64,000 nucleotides of DNA from the human T2T-CHM13v2.0 reference genome, Homo sapiens. The notes under the pieces are model-generated. The model ran no database searches and had not been told where the DNA came from. It was given only the letters and a program-made list of their open reading frames with translations. Positions within the stretch are counted from its first letter, which is position 1. Each line of letters starts with the position of its first letter. The translations under genes and the position numbers were made by a program. Of this stretch, positions 26,701 to 40,619 are shown one piece after another. The stretch is from assembly GCF_009914755.1 (NCBI RefSeq), contig NC_060933.1. One strand, 5' to 3'.

Positions 26701-29700
26701 GAATTGAATACAATCAATCCGAATGTAATGGAATGGAATGGAACGGAATGGAATGGAATGGAATGCAGTGGAATGGAATAAAACCTAGTGCAATGGAATG
26801 GAATGGAATGGAATGGAATGGAATGCAATGGAATGGATTGGATTCAACCCAAATGGAATGGAAAGCAATAGAATCAACCCGAGTGGAATGGCATGGAATG
26901 GAATGGAATGGAATGGAATGGAATGGAATGGAATGGTACGGAATAGAATGGAATGGATCGAAATGGAATGGAATGGAATGGAATGGAACGGAATGGAATG
27001 GAATCAACTCGATTGCAATGGAATGTAATGGAATGGAATGGAATGGAATGGAATTAACGCGAATAGAATGGAATGGAATGGAATGGAAAGGAATGGGATG
27101 GAATGGAATCAATCTGAGTGCAGGGGAATGGAATGGAATGGAATGCAATGGAATGGAATCATCCGGAATGGAATGGAATGGAATGGAATGGAATGGAATG
27201 GAATGGAATTAACCCGAATAGAATGGAATGGAATGGAATGGAATGGAATGCAATGGAATGGAATCAACTCGATTTCAATGGAATGGAATGGAATGGAATG
27301 GAATGGAATGGAATGGAATGGAATGGAATAGAATGGAATCCACCCGACTGCAGGGGAATGGAATGGAATAGAATGCAATGGAATGGAATCATACGGAATG
27401 GAATGGAATGGAATGGAATGGAATGGAATGGAATGGAATGGAAACAACCCGAATGGAATGGAATGTGATGGAGTGTAAGGGAATTGAATAGAATCAATCC
27501 GAATGTAATGGAATTGAATGGAACGGAATGGAATGGAATGGAATGTAATGGAATGGAATGGAATGCAATGGAATGGGATCAACCCGAGTGCAATGGAATG
27601 GAATCGAAAGGAATGGAATGGAATGGAAAGGCTTCACCCCGAATGGAATGGAAAGGAATGGAATCAACCCGAGTGGAATGGAATGGAATGGAATGGAATG
27701 GAATGGAATGGAATGGAATGCAATGGAATGGAACGGAATGGAATCAACCCGATTGCAATGAAATTGAATGGAATGGAATGGAATGGAATGGAATTAACCC
27801 GAATAGATTGGAATGGAATGGAATGGAATGGTATGGAATGGAATGGAACGGAATGGAATGGAATGGAATTGAATGGAATCAACCCGGGTGCAGGGGAATG
27901 CAATTGAATGGAAGGCAATGGAATGCAATCATCCGGAATGGAATGGAATGGAATGGAATGGAATGGAATGGTTTCAACCCGAATGGAATGGAATGGAATG
28001 GAATCAACCCGAGTGGAATGGCATGGAATGGAATGGAATGGAATGGAATGGAATGGAATGGAATGGAATGGTATGGAATAGAATGGAATGGAACGAAATG
28101 GAATGGAAGGGAATGGAATGGAATGGAATGGAATCAACCCGACTGCAATGGAATGGAGTGGAATGGAATGGAATGGAATGGAAACAACCCGAATGGAATG
28201 GAATGTAATGGAGTGTAAGGGAATTGAATACAATCAATACGAATGTAATGGAATGGAATGGAACGGAATGGAATGGAATGGAATGGAATGGAATGCAGTG
28301 GAATGGAATCAATCCTAGTGCAATGGAATGGAATGCAATGGAATGGAATGGAATGGAATGGAATGGAATGGAATGGAATGGAATGGAATGGATTCAACCC
28401 AAATGGAATGGAAAGCAATGGAATCAACCCGAGTGGAATGGCATGGAACGGAATGGAATGGAATGGTATGGAATAGAATGGAATGGAAAGAAATGGAATG
28501 GAATGGAATGGAATGGAACGGAGTGGAATGGAAAGGAATGGAATGGAATGGAATGGAATAGAATGGAATGGAACGAAATGGAATGGAATGGAACAGAATG
28601 GAATGGAATCAATCAGAGTGGAATAGAAGGGAATGCATTCGAGTAGAATGGAAAGGAATGGAATCAACCAGAGTGGAATGGAAGGGAATGGAATGGAATG
28701 GAAACTAATAAAATGGAATCAACACGAGTGGAATGGAATGGAAAGGACTTGAATGGAATGGAATGGAATCAACTCGATTGCAATGGAATGTAATGGAATG
28801 GAATTGAATGGAATTAATGCGAATAGAATGGATTGGAATGGAATGGAACGGAATGGAATGGAATGGAATGGAATGGAATGGAATCAAACTGAGTGCAGGG
28901 GAATGGAATGGAATGGAATGGAATAGAATGGAATGGAATGGAAGGGAATGGAATGGAATGGAATTAACCTGAACAGAATGGAATGGAATGGAATGGAACG
29001 GAATGGAATGGAATGGAATGGAATGGAATCCACCCGAGTTCAGGGGAATGGAATGGAATGGAATGCAATGGAATGGAATCAATCAACCCGAGTGCAATAG
29101 AATGCAGTGGAATGGAATGGAATGGAATGGAAAGTACCCGAATGGAATGGAATGTAATGGAGTGTAAGGGAATTAAAAAGAATCAATACGAATGTAATTG
29201 AATGGAATGGAACGGAATAGAATGGAATGGAATGGAATGGAATGGAATGAAATGGAATGGCATGGAATGGAATGGAATCAACCCGAGTGCAATGGAATGG
29301 AATCGAATGGAATGGAAGGGAATGGAATGGATTGAACCCGAATGGAATGGAAAGGAATGGAATAAACCCGAGTGGAATGGCATGGAATGGAATGGAATGG
29401 AATGGAATGGTACGGAATAGAATGGAAAAAAACGAAATGGAATGGAATGGAATGGAATGGAATGAACCCGTGTGCAATGGAATGGAATGGAATGGAATGG
29501 AATGGGTTCAACTCGAAAGGAATGGAAAGGAATGGAATCAACCCGAGTGGAATGGCATGGAATGGAATGGAATGGAATGGTATGGAATGGAATGGAATGG
29601 AATGGAATGGAATGGAATGGAATGGAATGAAATGGAATGGAATGGAATGGAATGGAATGAACCCAAGTGTAATGTAATGGAATCGAATGGAATGGAATGG

Positions 29701-31610
29701 AATGGAATGGATTCAACCCAAATGGAATGGAAAGGAATGGAATCAACCCGAGTGGAATGGCATGGAATGGACTGGAATGGAATGGAATGGAATGGAATGG
29801 TACGGAATAGAATGGAATGGAACGAAATGGAATGGAATGGAATGGAATGGAATGGAATGGAATGGAATGGAATGGAATGAACCCGTGTGCAATGGAATGG
29901 AATCGAATGGAATGGAATGGAATGCAAAGGATACAACTCGAATGGAATGGAAAGGAATGAAATCAACCCGAGTGGAATGGCATGGACTGGAATGGAATGG
30001 AATGGCATGGAATGGAATGGAATTGAATGGTACGGAATAGAATCGAATGGAACGAAATGGAATGGAATGGAATGGAATGGAATGGAATGGAAACAACCCG
30101 AGTGCATGGTAATGGAATGGAATGGAAGGCAATGGAATGGAATCATCCGGAATGGAATGGAATGGAATGGAATGGAATGGAATGGAATGGAATGGAATCA
30201 ACTCGATTGCAATGGAATGGAATGGAATGGAATGGAATGGAATGGAATTAACCCGGATAGAATCGAATGGAATGGAATGGAATGGAATGGAATTCAATGG
30301 AAGGGAATGGAATGTAATGGAATGGAATGGAATTAACCCGAATAGAATGGAATGGAACGGAAAGGAAGGGAATGGAATGGAATGTAATCAACTCCAGTGC
30401 AGGGGAATGCAATGGAGTGGAATGAAATGGAATGGAGTCATACGGAATGGAAGGGAATGGAATGGAATCAACCAGAGTGCAATGGAATGGAGTGGAATGG
30501 AATGGAATAGAATGGAAACAACACGAATGGAATAGAATGTAATGGAGTGTAAGGGAATTGAATATAATCAATCCGAATGTAATGGAATGGAACGGAAAGG
30601 AATGGAATGGAATGGAATGGAATGGAATGAAATGGAATGGCATGGAATGGAATGGAATCAACCCGAGTTCAATGGAATTGAATGGAATGGAATGGAATGG
30701 AATGGAATGGAATGGAATGGAATGGAATCAACTCGATTGCAATGGAATGGAATGGAATGGGATGGAATGGAATGGAATGGAATGGAATGGAATTAACCCT
30801 AATAGAATGGAATGGAATGCAATGGAATGGAAAAGAATGGAATGGAAGGGAATGGAATGGAATGGAATGGAATGGAATTAACCCGAGTTCAATGGAATTG
30901 AATGGAATGGAATGGAATGGAATGGAATGGAATCAACTCGATTGCAATGGAATGGAATGGAATGGGATGGAATGGAATGGAATGGAATGGAATGGAATTA
31001 ACCCTAATAGAATGGAATGGAATGGAATGGAATGGAATAGAATGGAATGGAAGGGAATGGAATGGAATGGAATGGAATTAACCCGAATAGAATGGAATGG
31101 AATGGAATGGAATGGAATGGAATGGAATGGAATGGAATGGAATCAACTCGATTTCAATGGAATGGAATGGAATGGAATGGAATGCAATGGAAGGGAATGG
31201 AATGGAATGGAATGAAATTAACCCGAATATAATGGAATGGAATGGAATGGAATGGAATGGAATGGAATGGAATAGAATGGAATGGAATGGATTCAACTCG
31301 AATGGAATGGAAAGGAATGGAATCAACCCGAGTGGAATGGCATGGAATGGAATGGAATGGAATGGAATGGAATGGAATGGAATTAACCCTAATAGAATGG
31401 AATGGAATGGAATGGAATGGAATGGAATGGAAGGAAATGGAATGGAATGGAATGGAATGGAATGGAATGGAATGGAAGGAAATGGAATGGAATGGAATGG
31501 AATGGAATGGAATGGAATGGAATAGTACGGAATAGAATGGAATGGAACGAAATGGAATGGAATGGAATGGAATGGAATGGAATGGAATGGAATGGAATGG
31601 AATGGAATGA

Positions 31611-31790
31611 AATCAACCCGAGTGCAGAGGAATGGAATGGAATGGAAGGCAATGGAATGAAATCATTCGGAATTGAATGGAATGGAATGGAATGGAATGA
31701 AATCAACCCGAGTGCAGAGGAATGGAATGGAATGGAAGGCAATGGAATGAAATCATTCGGAATTGAATGGAATGGAATGGAATGGAATGG
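31611..31790 (+). repeat. Near-perfect 90-bp tandem duplication
   Basis: AATCAACCCGAGTGCAGAGG...GAAGGCAATGGAATGAAATCATTCGGAATTG starts at both 31611 and 31701. Confidence 0.92.
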
Positions 31791-32829
31791 AATGGAATGG
31801 AATCAACTCGATTGAAATGGAATGGAATGGAATGGAATGGAATGGAATGGAATGGAATGGAAGTGAATGGAATGGAATGTAATGAAACCAAGTGCAGGGG
31901 AATGGAATGGAATGCAATGGAATGGAGTCATCCGGAATGGAATGGAATGGAATGGAATGGAATGGAATGGAAAGGAATGGAATGGAATGGATTCAACCCG
32001 AATGGAATGGAAAGGAATGGAATCAACCCGAGAGGAATGGCATGGAATGGAATGGAATGGAATGGAGTGGAATGGTACGGAATAGAATGTAATGGAACGA
32101 AACGGAATGGAATGGAATGGAATGGAATGGAATGGAATGGAATGGAATCATTCCGAGTGGAATAGAAGGGAATGTTTTCGAGTGGAATGAAAAGGAATGG
32201 TATCAACCAGAGTGGAATGGAATGGAATCGAATGGAATGGAAAGGAATAGAATGGAATCAACCCGAGTGGAATGGAATGGAAAGGACTCGAATGGAATGG
32301 AATGGAATGCAATGGAATCAACTCGATTGCAATGAAATGGAATGGAATGGAATGGAATGGAATGGAATGGAATGGAATGGAATGGAATAGAATGGAAAGG
32401 AATCACCCCAAGTGCAGGGGAATTTAATGGAATGGAATGCAGTGGAATGGAATCATCCGGAATGGAATGGAATGGAATGGAATGGAACAGAATGGAATGG
32501 AATCAACTCGATTTCAATGCAATGGAAAGGAATGGAATGGAATGGAATGCAATGGAATCGTACGGAATAGAATGGAATGGAACGAAATGGAATGTAATGG
32601 AATGGAATGGAATGGAATGGAATGGAATGGATCGGAATGGAATGGAATGAACCCGCGTGCAATGGAATGGAACGGAATGGAATGGAATGGAATGGAATGG
32701 AATGGAATGGGTTCAACTCGAATGGAATGGAAAGGAATGGAATCAACACGAGTGGAATGGCATGGAATGGAATGGAATTGAATGAAATGGAATGGAATGG
32801 AATGGAATGAAATGTAATGGAATGGAAAG

Positions 32830-34370
32830 GAATGGAATCAACACGAGTGGAATGGCATGGAATGGAATGGAATTGAATGAAATGGAATGGAATGGAATGG
32901 AATGAAATGTAATGGAATGGAATGGAATGGAATCAACCCGAGTGCAATGCAATGGAATAGAATGGAATGGAATGGAATGGAATGCATTCAACCCGAATGG
33001 AATTAAAAGGAATGGAATATACCCGAGTGGAATGGCATGGAATGGAGTGGAATGGAATGGAATGGAATGGAATGGAATGGTACGGAATAGAATGGAATGT
33101 AACGAAATGGAATGTAAGGGAATGGAATGGAATGGAATGGAATGAACCCGTGTGCAATGGAATGGAATGGAATGGAATGGAATGGAATGGAATGGAATGG
33201 AATGGATTCAACTCTAATGGAATGGAAGGGAATGGAATCAACGCGAGTGGAATGGCATGGAATGGAATGGAATGGAATGGAATGGAATGGAAGTAAATGG
33301 AATGGAATGGAATGAACCCGAGTGCAGGGGAATGGAATGGAATGGAATGGAATGGAATGGAATGGAATGCAGTGGAATGGAATCAAACCTAGTGCAATTG
33401 AATGGAATGGAATGGAATGGAATGGAATGGAATGGAATGGATTCAACCCAAATGGAATGGAAAGCAATGGAATCAACCCGAGTGGAATGGCATGGAATGG
33501 AATGGAATGGAATGTAATGGAATGTAATGGAATGGAATGGAATGGTACGGAATAAAATGGAATGGAACGAAATGGAATGGAATGGAATGGAATGGAACGG
33601 AATGGAATGGAATGGAAAGGAATGGAATCAACACGAGTGGAATGGCATGGAATGGAATGGAATTGAATGAAATGGAATGGAATGGAATGGAATGGAATCA
33701 ACCCGAGTGCAATGTAATGGAATAGAATGGAATGGAATGGAATGGAATGCATTCAACCCGAATGGAATTAAAAGGAATGGAATATACCCGAGTGGAATGG
33801 CATGGAATGGAGTGGAATGGAATGGAATGGAATGGAATGGAATGGTACGGAATAGAATGGAATGTAACGAAATGGAATGTTAGGGAATGGAATGGAATGG
33901 AATGGAATGAACCCGTGTGCAATGGAATGGAATGGAATGGAATGGAATGGAATGGAATGGAATGGATTCAACTCTAATGGAATGGAAGGGAATGGAATCA
34001 ACGCGAGTGGAATGGCATGGAATGGAATGGAATGGAATGGAATGGAATGGAAGTAAATGGAATGGAATGGAATGAACCCGAGTGCAGGGGAATGGAATGG
34101 AATGGAATGGAATGGAATGGAATGGAATGCAGTGGAATGGAATCAAACCTAGTGCAATTGAATGGAATGGAATGTTATGGAATGGAATGGAATGGAATGG
34201 ATTCAACCCAAATGGAATGGAAAGCAATGGAATCAACCCGAGTGGAATGGCATGGAATGGAATGGAATGGAATGTAATGGAATGTAATGGAATGGAATGG
34301 AATGGTACGGAATAAAATGGAATGGAACGAAATGGAATGGAATGGAATGGAATGGAACGGAATGGAATGG
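32830..34370 (+). repeat. Tandem duplication, about 760-780 bp x2
   Basis: Private variants GCATTCAACCCG, ATTAAAAGG, ATATACCCG, CAACTCTAA, CTAGTGCAATTG and GGAATAAAATGG are repeated. Matching ORF-track entries are offset by 765 (32912/33677) and 760 (33257/34017). Confidence 0.85.
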
Positions 34371-34710
34371 AATCATTCCGAGTGGAATAGAAGGGAATGA
34401 ATTCGAGTGGAATGGAAAGGAATGGAATCAACCAGAGTGGAATGGAAGGGAATGGAATGGAATGGAAACTAATAAAATGGAATCAACACGAGTGGAATGG
34501 AATGGAAAGGACTTGAATGGAATGGAATGGAATGGAATGGAATCAAGTCGATTGCAATGGAATGTAATGGAATGGAGTGGAATGGAATTAACGCGAATAG
34601 AATGGAATGGAATGGAATGGAATGGAATGGAATGGAATGGAATCAACCTGAGTGCAGGGGAATGGAATGCAATGGAATGCAATGGAATGCAATGGAATGG
34701 AATGGAATGG

Positions 34711-37700
34711 AATCAACGCGAGTGCAGGGGAATGGAATGTAATGGAATGCAATGGAATGGAATCTTCTGGAATGGAATGGAATGGAATGGAATCAACCCG
34801 AGTGCAATGGAATGGAGTGGAATGGAATGGAATGGAAGGGAATGGAACAACCCGAATAGAATCGAATGTAATGGAGAGTAAGGGAGTTGAATAGAATCAA
34901 TCCGAATGTAATGGAATGGAATGGAACGGAATGGAATTGAATGGTATGGAATGGAATGCAATGGAATGGAATCAACCCGAGTGCAATGGAATGGAGAGGA
35001 ATGGAATGGAAACTACCCGAATGGAATGTAATGTAATGGAGTGTAAGGGAATTGAATAGAATCAATCCGAATGTAATGGAATGGAATGGAATGGAATGGA
35101 ATGGAATGGAATGGAATGGAATACAATGGAATGGAATCAACCCGAGTGCAATCGAATGGAATCGAATGTAATGGAATGCAATGGAATGGATTCAACTTGA
35201 ATGGAATGGAAAGAATGGAATCAATACGAGTGGAATGGCATAGATTGGAATGGAATGGAATGGAATCAACCCGAGTACAGGGGAATGGAATGGAATGGAA
35301 TGCAATGGAATGGAATCATCCGTAATGGAATGGAATGGAATGGAATGGAATGGAATCAACTCGATTGCAATCGAATGGAATGGAATGGAATTAACCCAAA
35401 TAGAATGGAATGGAATGGAATGGAATGGAACGGAAAGGAATGGAATGGAATGGAATGGAATAGAATGGATTGGAATGGAACGGAACGGAACGGAACGGAA
35501 CGGAATGGAATGGAATGGAATGGAATGGAATGGAATGGAATGGAATCAACGCGAGTGCAGGGGAATGGAATGGAATGGAATGCAATGGAATGGAATCTTC
35601 CGGAATGGAATGGAATGGAATGGAATGGCATGAAATGCAATGGATTCAACTCGATTGCAATGGAATGGAATAGAATGGAATGGAATGGAATTAACCCGAA
35701 TAGAATGGAATGGAATGGAATGGAACGGAATGGAACGGAATGGAATGGAATGGAATGGAATGGAATGGTATGGAATGGAATGGAATGGAATCAACACGAG
35801 TGCAATGGAATGGAGTGGAATGGAATGGAATGGAATGGAACAACTCGAATGGAATGGAATGGAATGGAGAGTAAGAGAGTTGAATAGAATCAGTCCGAAT
35901 GTAATGGAATTGAATGCAACGGAATGGAATGGAATGGAATGGAATGGAATGCAATGGAATGGAATCAACTCGAGTACAATGGAATGGAATGGAATGGAAT
36001 GGAATGGAATGGAATGGAATGGAATGGAATTGAATGGGATGGAATGCCTTCAAACCGAATGGAATGGAAAGGAATTGAATCAACAAGAGTGGAATGGAAT
36101 GGAATGGAATGGAAAGGAATGGAATGGAATGGAATGGTACGGAATAGAATGGAATGGAAGGAAATGGAATGGAATGGAATGGAATGGAATGGAATGGAAT
36201 GGAATGGAATGGAATCGTTCCAAGTGGAATAGGAGGGAATGTATTCGAGTGGAATGGAAAGGAATGGAATCAACCAGAGTGGAATGGAAGGGAATGGAAT
36301 GGAATGGAAACTAATAGAATGGAATCAACCCGAGTGGAATGGAATGGAAAGGACTGGAATGGAATGGAATGGAATGGAATGGAATCAACTCGATTGTAAT
36401 AGAATGGAATGGAATGGAATGGAATGGAATGAAATGGCATGGAATGGAATTAACCCGAATACAATGGAATGGAATGGAATGGAAGGGAATGGAGTGGAAT
36501 GGAATGGAATCAACCCGAGTGCAGGGAAATGGAATGGAATGGAATGCAATGGAATGGAATCATCCGGAATGGAATGGAATGGAATGGAATGCAAAGCAAT
36601 GGAATCAACTCGATTGCAATGGAATGGAATGGAATGGAAAGGAATAGAATGGAATCAACCCGAGTGGAATGGAATGGAAAGGACTGGAATGGAGTGGAAT
36701 GGAATGGAATGGAATGGAATGGAATCAACTCGATTGGAATGGAATGGAATGGAATGGAATGGAATGGAATGGAATGGAATCAACTCGATTGCAATCGAAT
36801 GGAATGGAATGGAATTAACCGGAATAGAATGGAATGGAATGGAATGGAACGGAACGGAATGGAATGGAATGAAATGGAACGGAACGGAACGGAACGGAAT
36901 GGAATGGAATGGAATGGAATGGAATGGAATCAACGCGAGTGCAGGGGAATGGAATGGAATGGAATGCAATGGAATGGAATCTTCCGGAATGGAATGGAAT
37001 GGAATGGAATGGAATGAAATGCAATGGATTCAACTCGATTGCAATGGAATGGAATGGAATGGAATGGAATGAAATGCAATGGATTCAACTCGATTGCAAT
37101 CGAATGGAATAGATTGGAATGGAATGTAATGGAATGGAATGGAATGGAATGGAATTAACCCGAATAGAATGGAATGGAATGGAATGGAACGGAATGGAAC
37201 GAATTGGAATGGAATGGAATGGAATAGAATGGAATGGTATGGAATGGAATGGAATGGTACGGAATAGAATGGAATGGAACGAATTGTAAAGGAATGGAAT
37301 TGAATGGAATGGAATGGAATGGAATGGAATGGAATGGAATGGAATCAACGCGAGTGCAGGGGAATGTAATGGAACGGAATGCAATGGAATGGAATCATCC
37401 GGAATGGAATGGAATGGAATGGAAAGGAATGGAATCAACCCGAGTGCAATGGAATGGAGTGGAATTGAATGGAATGGAATGGAACAACCCGAATGGAATG
37501 GAATGTAATGGAGAGTAAGGGAGTTGAATAGAATCAATCCGAATGTAATGGAATGGAATGCAACGGATTGGAATGGAATGGAATGGGATGGAATGCAATG
37601 GAATGGAATCAACCCGAGTACAATGGAATGGAATGGAATGGAATGGAATGGAATGGAATGCCTTTAAACCGAATGGAATGGAAAGGAATGGAATCAACAC

Positions 37701-39890
37701 GAGTGGAATGGAATGGAATGGAATGGAATGGAATGGAATGGAATGGAATGATACGGAATAGAATGTAATGGAACGAAATGGAATGGAATGGAATGGAATG
37801 GAATGGAATGGAATGGAATGGAATGGAATCGTTCCGAGTGGAATAGGAGGGAATGTATTCGAGTGGAATGGAAAGGAATGGAATCAACCAGAGTGGAATG
37901 GAAGGGAACGGAATGGAATGGAAACTAATAGAATGGAATCAACCCGAGTGGAATGGAATGGAAAGGACTGGAATGGAATGGAATGGAATGGAATGGAATC
38001 AACTCGATTGTAATGGAATGGAATGGAATGGAGTGGAATGGAATGGAATTAACCCGAATACAATGGAATGGAATGGAATGCAACGGAATGGAGTGGAATG
38101 GAATGGAATCAACCCGAGTGCAGGGGAATGCAATGGAATGGAATGCAATGGAATGGAGTCATCCGGAATGGAATGGAATGGAATGGAATGCAAAGCAATG
38201 GAATCAACTCGATTGCAATGGAATGGAATGGAATGGAAATGAATACATTGGAATCAACCCGAGTGGAATGGAATGGAAAGGACTGGAATGGAGTGGAATG
38301 GAATGGAATGGAATGGAATGGAATGGAATTAACCCGAATAGAATGGAATGGAATTGAATGGAACGGAACGGAACGGAATGGAATGGAATGGAATGGAATG
38401 GAATGGAATGGAATGGAATCAACCAGACTGCAGGGGAATGGAATGGAATGGAATGCAATGGAATGGATTCAACTTGAATGGAATGGAAAGAATGGAATCA
38501 ACACGAGTGGAATGGCATGGATTGGAATGGAATGGAATGGAGTCAACCCGAGTACAGGGGAATGGAATGGAATGGAATGCAATGGAATGGAATCATCCGT
38601 AATGGAATGAAAAGGAATGGAATGGAATGGAATGGAATGGAATGGAATGGAATGGAATGGAATGGAATGGAATAGAATCAACTCGATTGCAATCGAATGG
38701 AATGGAATGGAATTAACCCAAATAGAATGGAAAGGAATGGAATGGAACGGAACGGAACGGAATGGAATGGAATGGAATGGAATGGAACGGAAAGGAAGGG
38801 AATGGAATGGAATAGAATGGAATGGAATGGAATCAACGCGAGTGCAGGGGAATGGAATGGAATGGAATACAATGGAATGGAATCTTCCGGAATGGAATGG
38901 AATGGAATGGAATGGAATGGAATCAACCCGAGTGCAGTGGAATGGAGTGGAATGGAATGGAATGGAATGGAACAACCCGAATGGAACGGAATGTAATGGA
39001 GAGTTAGGGAGTTGAATAGAATAAATCCGAATGTAATGGAATGGAATGGAACGGAATGGAATTGAATGGAATGGAATTGAATGCAATGGAATGGAATCAA
39101 CCCGAGAGCAATGGAATGGAGAGGAATGGAATGGAATGGAATGGAAACTACCCGAATGGAATGGAATGTAATGGAGTGTAAGGGAATTGAATAGAATCAA
39201 TCCGAATGTAATGGAATGGAATGGAACGGAATGGAATGGAATGGAATGGAATGGAATGGAATGGAATGCAATGTAATGGAATCAACCCGAGTGCAATTGA
39301 ATGGAATCGAATGGAATGGAATGCAATGGAATGGATTCAACTTGAATGGAATGGAAAGAATGGAATCAACACGAGTGGAATGGCATGGATTGGAATGGAA
39401 TGGAATGGAATCAACCCGAGTACAGGGGAATGGAATGGAATGGAATGCAATGGAATGGAATCATCCGTAATGGAATGGAAAGGAATGGAATGGAATGGAA
39501 TGGAATCAACTCGATTGCAATCGAATGGAATGGAATGGAATTAACCCGAATAGAATGGAATGGAATGGAATGGAACGGAACGGAACGGAATGGAATGGAA
39601 TGGAATGGAATGGAATGGAATTGAACTGAACGGAATGGAATGGAATGGAATGGAATGGAATGGAATCAACGCGAGTGCAGGGGAATGGAATGGAATGGAA
39701 TGCAATGGAATGGAATCTTCCGGAATGGAATGGAATGGAATGGAATGGAATGAAATGCAATGGATTCAACTCGATTGCAATGGAATGGAAAAGAATGGAA
39801 TGGAATGGAATGGAATGGAATGGAATTAATCCGAATAGAATGGAATGGAATGGAATGGAACGGAATGGAATGGAACGGAATGGAATGGAA
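34711..39890 (+). repeat. HSat3 dialect A, domain A2
   Basis: Return of TCTTCCGG (35592-39726), GAGAGTAAGGGAGTTG, CGTTCC...AGGAGGG (36216, 37830) and GATTCAACTTG. Confidence 0.82.
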
Positions 39891-40619
39891 TGGAATGGAA
39901 TGAACCCGTGTGCAATGGAATGGAATGGAATGGAATGGAATCAACCCGAGTGCAATGGAATGGAATGGAATGGAAAGGAATGGAATGGAATGGATTCAAC
40001 CCGAATGGAATGGAAAGGAATGGAATCAACCCGAGAGGAATGGCATGGAATGGAATGGAATGGAATGGAGTGGAATGGTACGGAATAGAATGTAATGGAA
40101 CGAAACGGAATGGAATGGAATGGAATGGAATGGAATGGAATCATTCCGAGTGGAATAGAAGGGAATGTTTTCGAGTGGAATGAAAAGGAATGGTATCAAC
40201 CAGAGTGGAATGGAATGGAATCGAATGGAATGGAAAGGAATAGAATGGAATCAACCCGAGTGGAATGGAATGGAAAGGACTGGAATGGAATGGAATGGAA
40301 TGCAATGGAATCAACTCGATTGCAATGAAATGGAATGGAATGAAATGGGATGGAATGGAATGGAATGGAATGGAATGGAATAGAATGGAAAGGAATCACC
40401 CCAAGTGCAGGGGAATTTAATGGAATGGAATGCAGTGGAATGGAATCATCCGGAATGGAATGGAATGGAATGGAATGGAACGGAATGGAATGGAATCAAC
40501 TCGATTTCAATGGAATGGAAAGGAATGGAATGGAATGGAATGCAATGGAATCGTACGGAATAGAATGGAATGGAACGAAATGGAATGGAATGGAATGGAA
40601 TGGAATGGAATGGAATGGA

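Larger units (their letters stand above)
17751..34710 (+). repeat. HSat3 dialect B, domain B1
   Basis: Markers switch to GAACCCGTGTGC, GGGTTCAACTCG, CAAACCTAGTGC, TTAACCTGAACAG, CGAGTGGAATGGCATGGAA, TTGAAGGCAA, GAATTGAATACAATC and CATTCCGAGTGGAATAGAAGGG. A-type markers are essentially absent. Confidence 0.82.
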
